A stretch of 64,000 nucleotides of DNA from Hemiscyllium ocellatum (Eukaryota): positions 17,732,484-17,796,483 of the forward strand of contig NC_083408.1 of the NCBI RefSeq assembly GCF_020745735.1, given 5' to 3'. The notes under the pieces are model-generated. The model saw only the letters and a list, made by a program, of their open reading frames with translations. It had not been told where the DNA came from and did not search any database. The position numbers were made by a program, and so were the translations under genes. The first letter of the stretch is position 1, and each line of letters opens with the position of its first letter. Shown in pieces: positions 50,330 through 62,649 of the stretch.

Positions 50330-53300
50330 AGAACTGTGGAATACCAAGGGACAAAAGCATTAGTGGGTGTCATACAGAGACCCCCAGACTGCAGTGGTCA
50401 TGTTGGAATAGTATTAAATAGGAAATTAGCCAAGCTAATGATATAGAGACATCTGTGATCATGGGTGATTTTATTCTGCATTCAGATTGGACAAATCAAA
50501 CTGGCCACAATGTCTACGAGGGGGAATTCCTGGCGTACATATGGGATGGGTTTCTTAACCAACATGTGGATGAACCAACTAGAGAGCAGGCCATCTTAGA
50601 CTGGATACTGCGTAATGAGAAGGGGATTATTGCCAATCTAGCTGCGTGAGACTCCTTGGGGATGAGTGACCATGACATGATACAACTTTTTTTATCAAGG
50701 TTGAGAGTGAGCCAGTTGATTTGGAGACTAGGGTGCTGAATTATAATATTGGAAACTATGAGGATATATAAGGCATGAGTTGACGTTGATAGATTAGTGA
50801 AAGTTACTTAAAGGTGTGACAGCAGATAGGCATTGGCAAATATCGAAGAAAATCATGGGGGGACTGCAACAACTATTCATTCCTGTCTGCGACAAAAGCA
50901 AAATGGGTAACGGCCAATCCATGTCTTATAAAGGGAATTAGATAGTATTCAATTGAAGGAAGAAGCATAGAGATGGGCCAAGAAAAATAATAAGTCTGAT
51001 GTTTGACAGCAGTTTTGAATTCAGCAAAGAAGTACCAAGGGATTGATCAAGATGGGGAAAGCACAGTACAAAAGAAAGTAAGCTTACAGGGAGCATGAAG
51101 ACTGAGATGACAAGGTTCTACAATACTTGTAGAGAAAGAGATTGGTGAAGACATATGTAGGTCCGGATAGATGGAAATGGGGAAATGTATAACAAAGGAC
51201 AAAGAAGCAGCGAAGCAACTGAATACATATATTAGTTCTGTCTTCACAAAAAAAAAGTTCAGTTGTGCATGAGATTGGTGAGCCTGCAGTTGGAGCATGT
51301 GTTCTGTTTTGGTCACCTTGCTCGAGGAAGGATCTTATTAAACTGGAAAGAGTGCAGAAGAAATTTATCAGGATATTGCTAGGACTCAATGATCTGAGTT
51401 ATAAGGAGAAGCTGAAGAAGCTAGAAATTCTTTTCTCGGCAGTCTAGGCAGTCGTGAGAGACATGCACCCACTTTTTTTTTAGCCAGGGTCAAGGAATCA
51501 AGGATTAAATGTCATTAGTTTAAGGTTAGAGGGGAAAAGGCATAAAAGGGAACTTGATGGGCAACTTGTTTTCACAGAGGCTGGTACGTGTATGGAACGA
51601 GCTGCCAGTGGAAGTGGTTCAGGTGAGTACGTTAACAACATTTAAAGGCATTTTGAGAAATACATTGATAGGATGTGGACCCACTGCAGGGAAACGGGCT
51701 AGCATGGGTGGACATTTTGGTCAGTATCGACCAGTTTGGGCCATACGACCTGTCTCTGTGCTGTAGGTCTCTCTGAATCGAAAATATAAATCAAGTACCA
51801 GAAATCCTGAGGAATGTAAAATTTAGTGAGAGGGAAGAACTGAGGGAGGTCAATATGAGTAGAAAAATGGTATTGGGAAATTGAGGGGATTAAACCCGAT
51901 AAGTCCTCAGGGCCTGATAAATCTACATCCCAGAGCAGTTAAGGAAGCGGTTCTAGAATTAGTGTATGCTTTGGTTGTCAGGATTCTGTAGATTTTGATG
52001 CAGTCCCTGCAGATTAGAGGGTAGCTACAGCCACTCCAATATTCAGAAGGAGAGGTATAGAAAAACCAGGCAATTATCGACCAGTACGATTCAGATCGGT
52101 TATAGGGGAAGATTCTCAAATTATCAAGTACTTTATGGCAGAACATTCAGAAAGCGGTGGCAGGATCAAACAGAGTCAGCATGGATTTATGGAGGGAAAA
52201 TCATGCTTGACAAATCTATGGGAATTCTGTGAAAATGTAACGAACAGAGTTGACCAAGGGTAACTGGTTATTCTGGCATATTTGGGTTTTCTGACAATGT
52301 CCCACTTAAGACATCACTGTACTGTATTAAAGCGCATGGGAGTGGGGTAAGTGTACTGAAATAGAGAGAAAACTGATTGGCAGAGGGGAAACAGAGTGGG
52401 GTTTAAGGGATCCGTGTAAAATTGGCAGCCAGTAGCTCCTGGAGTGCCACAGGGACCCCAGCAATTAACAATATATATTCATGATTTGGACGAAGGAATA
52501 AAATGTAATATCTCAAGGCTTGCATATTATGCTAAGTTGGCTGGGAGCGTGAATTGCGACGAGGATGCAGAGACCCTATAGTATCATCTGGACAGATTGC
52601 GTGAGCGGGCAAATCAATGGAAGCTGCAGTTATTTAGGATAAATGTCAAGTTATTCACTTTGGAGTGAAAAGCAAGTTGGAGGATTACTACCTGACTGGC
52701 GGTAAATTGGAGAGGGTAGTGTGCTGCAGGGCCTACATGCCCTTGTGCACCAGTCGCTGAAGGTAGGCATGCAGGTGCAGCAGGCAGTAAAGAAGGCAAT
52801 TGGTATGTTGGCCTTCATTGTGAGATGTTTCAAGTACAGGAGCAGGGATGTGTTGTTATAGTTATACAGGGCCTTGGTGAGGCTACACCTCAAACACTGT
52901 GCGCAGTTTTGATCTCCTTATCTGAGGAAGGATGCTCTTGCTTGGATGGTGGAATTAACACACGAGGACAGATTGTCCAGCTTAGGATTTATTCACTGGA
53001 GTTTAAACGAATGGGAGGGGATCTCATTCTAACAGGACGAGACAGGGTAGATACAGGGAGGATGCTCCTGATGGTGGGTGTTTCTAGAATAAGGGGACAC
53101 AGACTGAAGATTTGGGATGGATCATTTAGGAAAGAGATGAGGAGACATTTCTTCATCCAAAGAGTGATGAGCCTGTGGAATTCATTATCATTGCAATTAT
53201 TTGAATCCAAAACATTGCATGTATTGAAGATGTGGCTCAATATAGCATTGAAGGCAAATGGGTTCAAAGGGGAGTAGACAGGATGAGGTTGTTGAGTTGG

Positions 53301-53380
53301 ACAATGAGCTACGATCATGATAATTGCAGAGCAGTCTCAATGGGCTGAATGGCCTTCTCCTGCTCCTATCTTCTATGTTA
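50330..53380 (+). mobile_element. Degraded CR1 LINE ORF2 + 3' UTR, with a nested CR1 3' fragment at about 51261-51779
   Basis: IMGDFILH...EQAILDWIL (APE domain), QHGF and GVPQ motifs, RIRGHRLKI...FFIQRVMSLWNSL, then the tail. Confidence 0.85.
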
Positions 53381-53688
53381 AGAGGATATTGCCCTGAGGA
53401 AATCATGGACACTATTAGAGCTTCCCCATTTACCTCAAAATATTACTCATCACTCCACCTGAAAGAAAATGTGAAGACACAACGTCTCAAATTTCAATGG
53501 CAACATCGCCTCCCAAGAGTCAAGATGTGATGATTGTAGTGCAGATTTGTTCATTCTTAACACAAGATGTCATTGTGTTCTGTGATTGTGTGTATTCTGC
53601 AATTCTGTGTGTGTGTGCATCTTGTGGTGGTCTGTGTCGCTGTGCGCGTGTGTCTGTGTGCTTGTGTCTATGTATCTATGTGTCTGCC

Positions 53689-53829
53689 NNNNNNNNNNNN
53701 NNNNNNNNNNNNNNNNNNNNNNNNNNNNNNNNNNNNNNNNNNNNNNNNNNNNNNNNNNNNNNNNNNNNNNNNNNNNNNNNNNNNNNNNNNNNNNNNNNNN
53801 NNNNNNNNNNNNNNNNNNNNNNNNNNNNN
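53689..53829. other. Assembly gap (141 N) inside a TG-rich simple repeat
   Basis: Run of N flanked by TGTG repeats from about 53570. Confidence 0.99.
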
Positions 53830-56260
53830 TGTCTGTGGCCATGTGAAGCACATCATATCTCCTTGAAACTACTTCATTTGTCAGAGGCCACCAACATGCT
53901 CCAGTAGCTGGAAGCTGCTCTAATGTATTTCAGATTGCGTGCCTCCATGCAATGTAATTTTACTGCTTGATGAAAAGACTGATTCATAAGAGACTGCTTC
54001 TATCACCAATTTCTCACTAGCAATTACAGAGTGTCATTATGAGTTATTGCCTTTTGTTTTAGCGTCTACGTTGATGTCTGGTCACCCTGGCAACTCACGT
54101 CAAACCAATGGAAATCTTCTCATTCATTTCTCTCAGACAATAGGAACTCTCTCCATGTATAGTCGATGTACAGGGCTGTCATTTCTGAAGTGGATCCTTT
54201 GGTCCATCACGAGCTGCCTGGCTGTAGGAATCTCACCATGCAGGAGTAAATTCACAAGTCACATGCTTCCATTCTGTCGACATGTCCAAGACACACTTGT
54301 TGGATGATTTAGGAAAAATCCATTTGAGAGGACACAAAATTCAATAATATTTCAGGTCACCTCCAAATCTCAGCATTCCAACTGGGATACCCCAGCCCAC
54401 ATCTCCATTAAACCCAACAACGCCTGTATGTCTCCATACAACAGCCTGTTCACTCCTCCCCTTGCATGTTCCAGGACCAAAAAACTCCTTGCAAGTGCAT
54501 CTGTAGCTCTCAGATTACTTCAGACCAGACAAGACAACCGAGGGAAAAGTAGAAAATGAGGAATGCAGCTCAGAGTCACAAAGTGTGGCGCTGGAAAAGC
54601 ACAGCCGGTCAGGCAGCATATCCAAGGAGTAGAAGAGTCAACGATTCGGGCATAAGGCTTTTATGGACTTTCCTGTCCGAAACACCGACTTTTCGGTCAG
54701 AAGTAAAGATTATTGTTGTGACAAGGTCTGCTGTTGGAATTGGGCAGTGAAAATCAATAACTTCGTCATCATTCTAATAGAGCACAATAATTCAACATTC
54801 TTTTGGATGGATAATCTCATGTTCTAAATAAATACAATGACCATCATTGTTATGTGAATCATAAAAAAATTGGAAAAAATTAACGGATAGATAACAAGGT
54901 CACAAAGCCACCAGAAGAAATCGAAGAAATCAAAGAGTACAGATAAGCAATTTAAAACAGAATTATCAGAGACCATATTTGATAGAACAGCTCAGACAAA
55001 ACAAGAACAGATGGAGAACTAACGTAAGATGAAAAACTGAAACAATTGCATTGAAAATGTTACACAGAAGAAGAATCTGAGTGCATTTCCAAATTTTAGT
55101 AACTTAAGCATGATGTCTTGATGAGGAAATGGAGACCAGCAGACATTCAGGCAGATGGCGAAGTGGGAGCAATTAATTGCCTGGGACTTATAGAAAGGAG
55201 GTGTGGCAGGTAGCACATGAGCCACATGTGGGCCATTGTGGGAGTGGGAAGAACTCACTCTAAAATACACAAACATTTTTACTGACTTGTGCTGCACAAA
55301 GATGGAGTTGAAAATTGCCAGAAATGTCATACATGTCATGCAACCGGAAAAACTCAGGCAGTAATAAAACAAGCATCTTTAATACCCATTCCTGCATTTG
55401 CGGAACCTTTTACAAGAGTCTTATTTGATTGAGTAGGATGCCTTCACAACATAAAAAAGTGGGAAACAGTATTTTTTAAAAATCATAAATGAGTCCATTA
55501 GATTTGCAGAGGTAATTCCATTTGTGCAATATCACTGCTAGAAGGATTGTGGAAGAGTTACCCCAATGTTTAACTCGACAAAGACTACACACACAGATAC
55601 AATCAGATCTAGGGTCAAATTTTACATCATATTTATGCATGGAAGGTATGGGTAGCTTAGGAATAAGACAATTCAATTTACTGTTTCCCAGCAAGGATGG
55701 CAAGGAGTGATAGAAAGGTGGTATCAAACTTCAAAGCCCCTTATTAAATTCAGAGAAGACCATATTGAGGGTTTATTGTCAAGACAATTAAGCCAACTGG
55801 ATAAAGGAATTTCATTTGTACATCTTGCCAATTGGGATGTACAAAATGAATCTGCCTCATTCAGTCTATTTGAATAAGTGTTGGGGCATGAGCTGAGAGG
55901 ACCACTAAATATAAATAAGGAAAAAAGAGTGAGTCAGAGTTCAGTTACCACATACTTAAACTGTGTGTCAAATTTGAGGGAATGATTAAATTGAGCGGGG
56001 GAGTTGGCTAGATGGCATTTATAAGTAGCACAGCATGTGATGAAGCAGGAAACAGAGAAGACATAAAAAATTGCAATTTTGAGAACAGAGATAAAATGTT
56101 AATGTTACTTCCAGTGAGAGGTGAAACTTTAAAAGCAACATTTAGTGGAACTTACCAAAGTGAAAGTAAGTTGAGTGAGGTGAATTATTTAATAAGGACT
56201 GCAGATAGAAATACATCTCACACAGTGCCCGGTGAATGTGCTCAAAGGGCATTTTGATAA

Positions 56261-57242
56261 TGTGACGAAGCATTTCCTTTAACAAGGTTATGTTTTCATT
56301 GTTTTTTTTCTCCTGGAGGTCATAAAAAAGCAGGTTCAGAAAAGTCTCAGTCTGGTATGATTTTAGGGCCAATTTGATAATAGCTAACAGGTACTGCCTC
56401 AAGTAGAAGGTGTTAAAGTTTAAAAAAAAACACTTGCATAATGAAAGGGGAGCGGCCAGTTCTCCCAGCTCAGCTTGCTCTGGTTTGCCTTTCTTTAGCA
56501 GTAGTGTGAAGAAAGGCTGCTGGACCCAAGGAAGCAGGTCCGTGCTGGTAATCTCTCTCAGCCGTCTATCCTGTGATAATCATTAGATTAGATTAGATTA
56601 CCTACAATGTGGAAACAGGCCCTTCGGCCCAACAAGTCCACACCGACACTCCGAAGAGTAACCCACCCAGACTCATACCCCTACATTTAACCTGACCAAT
56701 GCAGCCAACACTACGTGCAATTTAGCATGGCCGATTCACCTAACCTGCACATCTTTGGACTGTGGGAGGAATCAGAGCACCCAGAGGAAACGCGTGCAGA
56801 CATGGACAGAATGTGCAAACTCCACACAGACAGTTGCGCGAGGCAGGAATTGAACCCAGGTCCTTGGCTCTGTGAGGCAACATGCTAACCATTGAGACAC
56901 CATGCTGCCCACACTTGTGTTTGATTTGATCTTTTTGCGCCAAGGGGTGGTTATAGGGATTTTGCAAGTATCTTGGAACAGATAAACTGTCAGGTTTTAA
57001 GATAGTCCTTACTTTCTCCGAGAGGTATTAAGATAGGATAAGTTATTCTGTATTCTGTTTTCTGTTCTTTGTGTTTCATTCAGTAATCCTGTAAATAAAT
57101 CATGCTTAGTTTAACTGAGATGTTTTGATCAGCAGATTCTCTCACTGAATATCCACTGTACAGCCTCTCAAAACAAGTCGCAAAGTTATGGTCTGGATTA
57201 CCTTCTTGAAATGTTTTGAGGCTTCTGGCCTGGTCCGTAACA
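56261..57242 (+). mobile_element. Probable solo LTR inserted in the pol remnant
   Basis: Starts TGTGACG and ends CGTAACA (imperfect terminal inverted repeat), with an internal AATAAA. The host frame VNVLKGHFD resumes as REGKL afterwards. No clean TSD. Strand inferred from the AATAAA only. Confidence 0.6.
56582..56905 (-). mobile_element. HE1-like SINE nested in the LTR
   Basis: (ATTAG)n tail, GGAAACAGGCCCTTCGGCCCAACAAGTCCACACC, AATGTGCAAACTCCACACAGAC. Confidence 0.88.
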
Positions 57243-57869
57243 ACCGAGAAGGAAAGTTAAAAAGAGAATGTTTTACTGGATACAACGCCGACTGACGAAG
57301 TGAGTTCAGAGGATTCTGAATTGCACTTTCCTCAAATGAAAATGGACAATGACGACGTTCTGAAAGTTTGTCATAAATTACTGATTTACCTTCCCCAGTA
57401 AATCAAAACGACCTGAAAGAGTTATTACTGTAGCATGGTGAGATGTGTGCGAATAAGTACTAATTTAATTATGCATGATATAGATAAAGGAAATGCTGTT
57501 CCAATTAAGCAATATCCTTATAAATTTACACGAAAGAAAGTTAGTATAGGTTCAAAGACAGCTTGAACGCATGTTCCAAAACAAAGCATCAAAGTGAGTT
57601 GCAGCAACTGGATCTCAGTCACAGTAATGATGCCACAGCCAGATGATTGTGTGCAGACTATTGCAAAGTGAATGCGGTTGCAGAGTCTGATTCATATCCG
57701 ATTCCACAATGAGAATACTGTATTGAAAAAGTAGAACAAGCAACTTATATTTGGAATTTGGAATTGCTCAGAGGATACTGGCAGGTACCTTTATCTGAAG
57801 GAATGAAGACAACTTTGGCTTTGTAACACTGAATGGACTTTACCAACTTAAAGTCCAAGATTCACAGAG

Positions 57870-60330
57870 TCATCGAGATATTGCAACATGGAAACTGACC
57901 CTTCGCCCCAACCCGTCCATGCTGACCAGATATACCTTGACCCAAACTAGTCCCACCTGCCAGCACCTGGCGCATATCTCTTGAAACTCTTCCTATTCAT
58001 ATACCCATCCAGAGGCCTTTAAATTGTTGCAATTGTACCAGCATCCACCACTTCCTCTGGCAGCTTATTCCATACACGCACCACCCTCTGTGCGAAAACG
58101 TTCCCCCTTAGGTGTCTTTTATATCTTTTCCCTTTCACTCTAAACCTATGCATTCCAGTTCCCCGACCCCAGTGAAAAGACTTTGCATATTTATCCTATC
58201 CATGCCCCTCATGTTTTTGTAAACTTCTATGAGGTCATCACTCAACCTATGACGCTCCAGGGAAAACAGCCCCAGCCTATTCAGCTTCTTCCCAGAGCTC
58301 AAATCCTCCAACCCTGGCAACATCCTTGTAAATCTTTTCTGAACCCTTTCAACATCTTTCCGATAGGAAGGAGACCAGAATTGCACGCAATATTCCACCA
58401 GCGGCCTAACCATTGCCCTGTATAACCGCAACAGGACCTCCCAACTCCTATACTCAATACTCTGGCCAATAAATGCAAGCAAGCTCAATGCCTTTTCACT
58501 ATCCTGTCTTCCTGAGACTCCACTTCCAACGAACTATGAACCTGCTCTCCAAGGTCTCTTTGCTCAACAACACTCCCCAGGACCTTACCATGAAGTGCGT
58601 AAGTCCAGCCCTGCTTTGTTTTTCCAAAATGCATCACCTCGCATGTATCTGAATTAAACTCTTTTCCCAATCTTTGGCCCATTGGCCCATCTGATCAAGA
58701 TCCTGTTGTACTCTGAAGTAACTTTCTTCACTGTCCAATATATCTAAAATTTTGAAATCATCTGCAAATTTGCTACATCATCCTTCTATGATCTCATCCA
58801 AATATTGCTATTAATGATGAAAGGCAGTTTACCCAGCACCGATCCTTGTGGCACACCTCTGGTCACAGGCCTCCAGTCTAAAAATCAACCCTCCACTACC
58901 ACCCTCTGTCTTCTACCTTCAAACCAGTTCTGCATCCAAGTGGTTAGTTTTCCCTGTATTCTATGAGATCTAACCTTGCTAGCCAGTCTTCCATGAGGAA
59001 CCTTATCGAATGCCTCACTTAGTTTCATATAAATCACGTCCATCGCTCTGCCTCATTAATTTTGTTCGTTACTTTTTCAAGAATTGCAATCAAGTTCATA
59101 AGACATGATTTCCCATGCACAAAGCTATGCAGACTATCCCTAATCAATCTTTATCTTTCCACATACATGAAAATCCTGTTCCTCAGGATTCCATTCAATT
59201 GCAACGTGCCCACCAATGTTGTCAGACTCAATGGGCTATAGTTCCTTGGCCTGTCGTTACCACCCTTCTTAAAGTGTGGCACCACGTTAGCCAACCTGCT
59301 GTCTTCCAGCACCTCACCTGTGACTATCGATGATAAAAACATCTCAGCAAGGGGCACAGCAAACACTTCGCTAGCTTCTTCCAGATTTCAAGGGTACATC
59401 ATATCAAGTCCTGAGGATTTACCGATCTTTATGTGTTTTAAGACATCCAGCAGCTCCTCCTCTGTAATCTGGGCATTTTTCAAGATGTCACTATCTATTT
59501 CCCCATATTCTATATCTTCCATGTCCTTCTCCACAGTAAACATTAATGCAGATACTCCTTTAGTATCTCCCCCACATCAGGCAGTTCGACACATCGGCTG
59601 CCTTGCTGATCCTTGAAGGGCCCCACTGTCTCCCTAGTTACCCCTTAATCATTAATGTATTTGTAGAATCATTTTGGATTATCCTTAACCCCATTTGCCA
59701 AAACTATCTCATGCCCCCCTTTTGTCCTCCTAATTTGGCTCTTCAGTATACTCCTACTGCCTTTATACTCGGTCTATTCTGTCTTTACCTAACATATGCT
59801 TCCTTCTTTTCCTTGACCAAACCATCAATTTTTATAGTCATTCAGCATTCTTCACACTTACCAGCTTACCTTTCACGCCAACAGGAACACACTGTCTCAT
59901 TATCTCATTTTTGAAAACTTGATCATTCTCCAGTCATTCCTTTAATTGCAAAACTCCGCACCCAATCACCCTTTCAGAGACCTTACCTAATTATGCCAAA
60001 ATTGTCCTTTATCCAATTTAGAATTTTAACAGTTAGACTATGTCTATCCTTTTCCATCACTATTTTAAAGCGAAGAGAATTATGGTCGCTGGTCCCAAAG
60101 TTTTTCCCCACTGACAGCTCACTCACCTGCCCTGCCCTATTTCCCAAGAGTAGGTGACGTCTTGCACCTTCTCTAGTATACTTATCCACATACAGAATCA
60201 GAAAACCTTCTTGTAGACACTTAACAATTTCCTCTCTATCTAAACTCTTAACACTATGGCAGTCCCAGTCTACAGTTAGAAAATTAAAATCCCTTACCAT
60301 AACCCGTCTATTAGTCTTACAGATAAGTGA
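57870..60330 (-). mobile_element. Degraded CR1 LINE ORF2
   Basis: MVRDFNF...FGTSDHNSLRF (APE domain), LANVVPHFKKGGNDRPRNYSPL, YRAMVRPLVEYCVQFWSP, and a 3' UTR truncating the LTR-element RT. Confidence 0.88.
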
Positions 60331-60589
60331 GATCTCCTTACAATTTTTTTCTCAATTTCCGCAGATTATGTGGAGCTCTATAGTACAGTCCCAAAAAGGT
60401 AATAATCTCTTTCGTATTTTTCACTTCCACCCAAATGAATTCCCGGATGTATTCCCAGGAATATCCTTCCTCAGTACAGCTGTAATGTTATCCCTTATGA
60501 AAACTCCACCCCCGCCCCGCCCCCAACGTCTTGCCTCCTTCTCTATCCTTCCTATAGCATTTGTATATTGCCCTTGCTTGTTCTATGGA

Positions 60590-61080
60590 AATGTAATATT
60601 TTGCATTTATTCAGATTAAACTCCATCTGCCACTCTTCAGCCATTCACCCAATTGATCAAGATCTCTTTGGAATCGTGCATAACCTTTGTTGTTTTCCAC
60701 TTTAGCACCATTTTTCTTGCCACCCACAAATTTACAAACCAAACTTTCCATAGTCTCATCGAAATCATTCTTGTGAATGGGAAATAAAAGTGGACCCAGC
60801 ACTGATCCCTGGGGAACACTGCTGGTCACAGGCCTTCAGTCTGAAAAACAACCCTCCACTATTCCTTTCTCGCCTACTGCTTCAATGCTGACTGTCACTA
60901 ATCATTCCATATCTCTCCAAATACATGTAAATCCTATGCTTCAAAATCACCTGCAGCAACTTACCCACCACTGAAGTCAGACTCACAGGCCTGTCATTCC
61001 CAGGCTTCTCCTTCACAGACAAAGGTACAACTTTAGCCACTCTCCAGTCGTCAAATACCTCACCCGTCATTACTGATTAT
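60590..61080 (-). mobile_element. CR1 RT fragment
   Basis: DWRVAKVVPL...SQH and [14 protein letters not shown]. Confidence 0.8.
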
Positions 61081-61494
61081 ACAAATATTTCCACAAGGAG
61101 CCGGCAATCTCGTCCCACTCAAAGTGTTCACCCGCTATCACTTCAGTTGCTTGCCCTGTCTTGTGAATCGAGAAAAAAATCAGGTTTTGCTCCTTCTCAT
61201 AGGAACATTTACATTTGGATAAAGAAAATGTTCTTGAACTCATTTAAGAAATCCATCACCAGCTAAATCTTTCGCACTATAGTACTCCCAGTCAATGTTC
61301 GGAAAATTTAACTCCCTACTATTACAACCTTCTTATTCTGCCATATACCTGGGACCTCTCTGTACATTGTTCCTCAAGTTCTTTCTGATTATTGCAGCGT
61401 CCATATTGCTATCGAACAAGGTGACCCTTTTGTTTATTTGAAAACCTCTGCCAGCGCAACTTTCCAAAAACAAAAGCTGTTCTCCCCGATTTCG

Positions 61495-61860
61495 GTTTTC
61501 CTTGTTTGTATTCATCCAAACGATGTGGGTATCACTGACCAGGCCAACATTCATTGCCCATCCCTAATTACCCAGTGGGCAGTGAGAGTCAACCACATTG
61601 CTGTGGGTCTGGAATCATGTGTAGGCCAGACCAGGTAAGGATGGTAGTTTTCTTGCCTAAAGGATATTAGTGAACCAGATGGGATTTTCCTAACAATCGA
61701 CAATGGTTGCATGGCCATCCTTAGAGATTTCATTCCAGATTTTATTGAATTCAATTGCCACCTTTGCCTTGGTGAGATTTAAGTCCAGTTCCCCAGAACA
61801 TTACCTGGGTCTCCAGATTACTACTCCAGTGAAAATACCTCATGGGTGATCACTCCCCTT
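61495..61860 (-). mobile_element. Chondrichthyan SINE (family not assigned)
   Basis: Reverse of ATCTGGTTCACTAATATCCTTTAGG...CCAGACCCACAGCAATGTGGTTGACTCTC, which I recall as a common shark SINE core. Not verified by search. Confidence 0.6.
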
Positions 61861-62649
61861 ACAGTGATGTTAAAAAAAATGAAAGCTCTCCTTCTGTGCT
61901 TATAATTTGAGGAAATGAACTGAGACTTCAAGACTTCTTGAAAATAAACCAGACTAAGATTTATCTTTTAAGAGACTGAAAGCCACCGAGGTGTTCCGTA
62001 GCTGTGAGTCATTCCAGAGTGACTTCTTCAAAAGGCGAGCTGGCAGAAATCTGTTTGGGGGAAACAAATCATGCTTTTTTTGATTTTCTTTTAAACCTCA
62101 AAATAAATGAACAACAACAAAATTATATACCGCGGACATATAATTTCTGAGACTGGAGGGGGATTACCGAGCCTGCTTTGTCCAGAGGCTTACTCAAGAT
62201 GTTAACTATTAGGGTGATGACATGTCTGAACATGAACCTTCCAGCTCAGCGAGCAAACCTACATCCAGAACCTCAACCTCAGCTACCAATCTTCTCAAAA
62301 CTCAACAGGGAGGTTTGTGAGGCAGGTGGCAAATCCCAGTGAATAACACGGAGCAGTGAGCTCTCCCAGCTGACTGGTTGTGAATTTATAAACCTCCCTC
62401 GAAATCGATCGGGCATTAAAGCGAAACAGGAAGTGACATTACACAGCTGCCATCGGAGACACCGCACTCACAAATGACTCACAGCTGTGGATCAGCTCAG
62501 TGGGTTTCAGTCTCTTAAAGAGATAAATCTTTGTCTGTTTTATATTCATAAATCTACAATAGTGAGTAAGGTGAGGGCTTCATGTTAATATGTCTTAAGG
62601 TCTTTATTAATATTTGAAAATGTAAAATCTTGGTGTTGAGTTATTCTAG

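Larger units (their letters stand above)
54880..57860 (+). mobile_element. Ty3/Gypsy-type LTR retrotransposon pol remnant, integrase before RT (Gmr1-like)
   Basis: Integrase Zn finger (AHEPHVGH...CQKCHTC), core (IQSDLGSNFTS) and GPY/F-like C-terminus (DKMLMLLP...FSGTYQ...VNYLIRT) at about 55150-56260. RT (PIKQYPY, DYCKVNAVAESDSYPIP, LLRGYWQVPL) at about 57490-57860. Confidence 0.85.

Noticed and set aside
53497-53907. ORFs spanning the N gap
   Set aside because: They are artefacts of TG repeats and Ns.
56221-56227. CACAGTG heptamer as an orphan RSS
   Set aside because: There is no nonamer at 12 or 23 bp, and it lies within retrotransposon integrase sequence.
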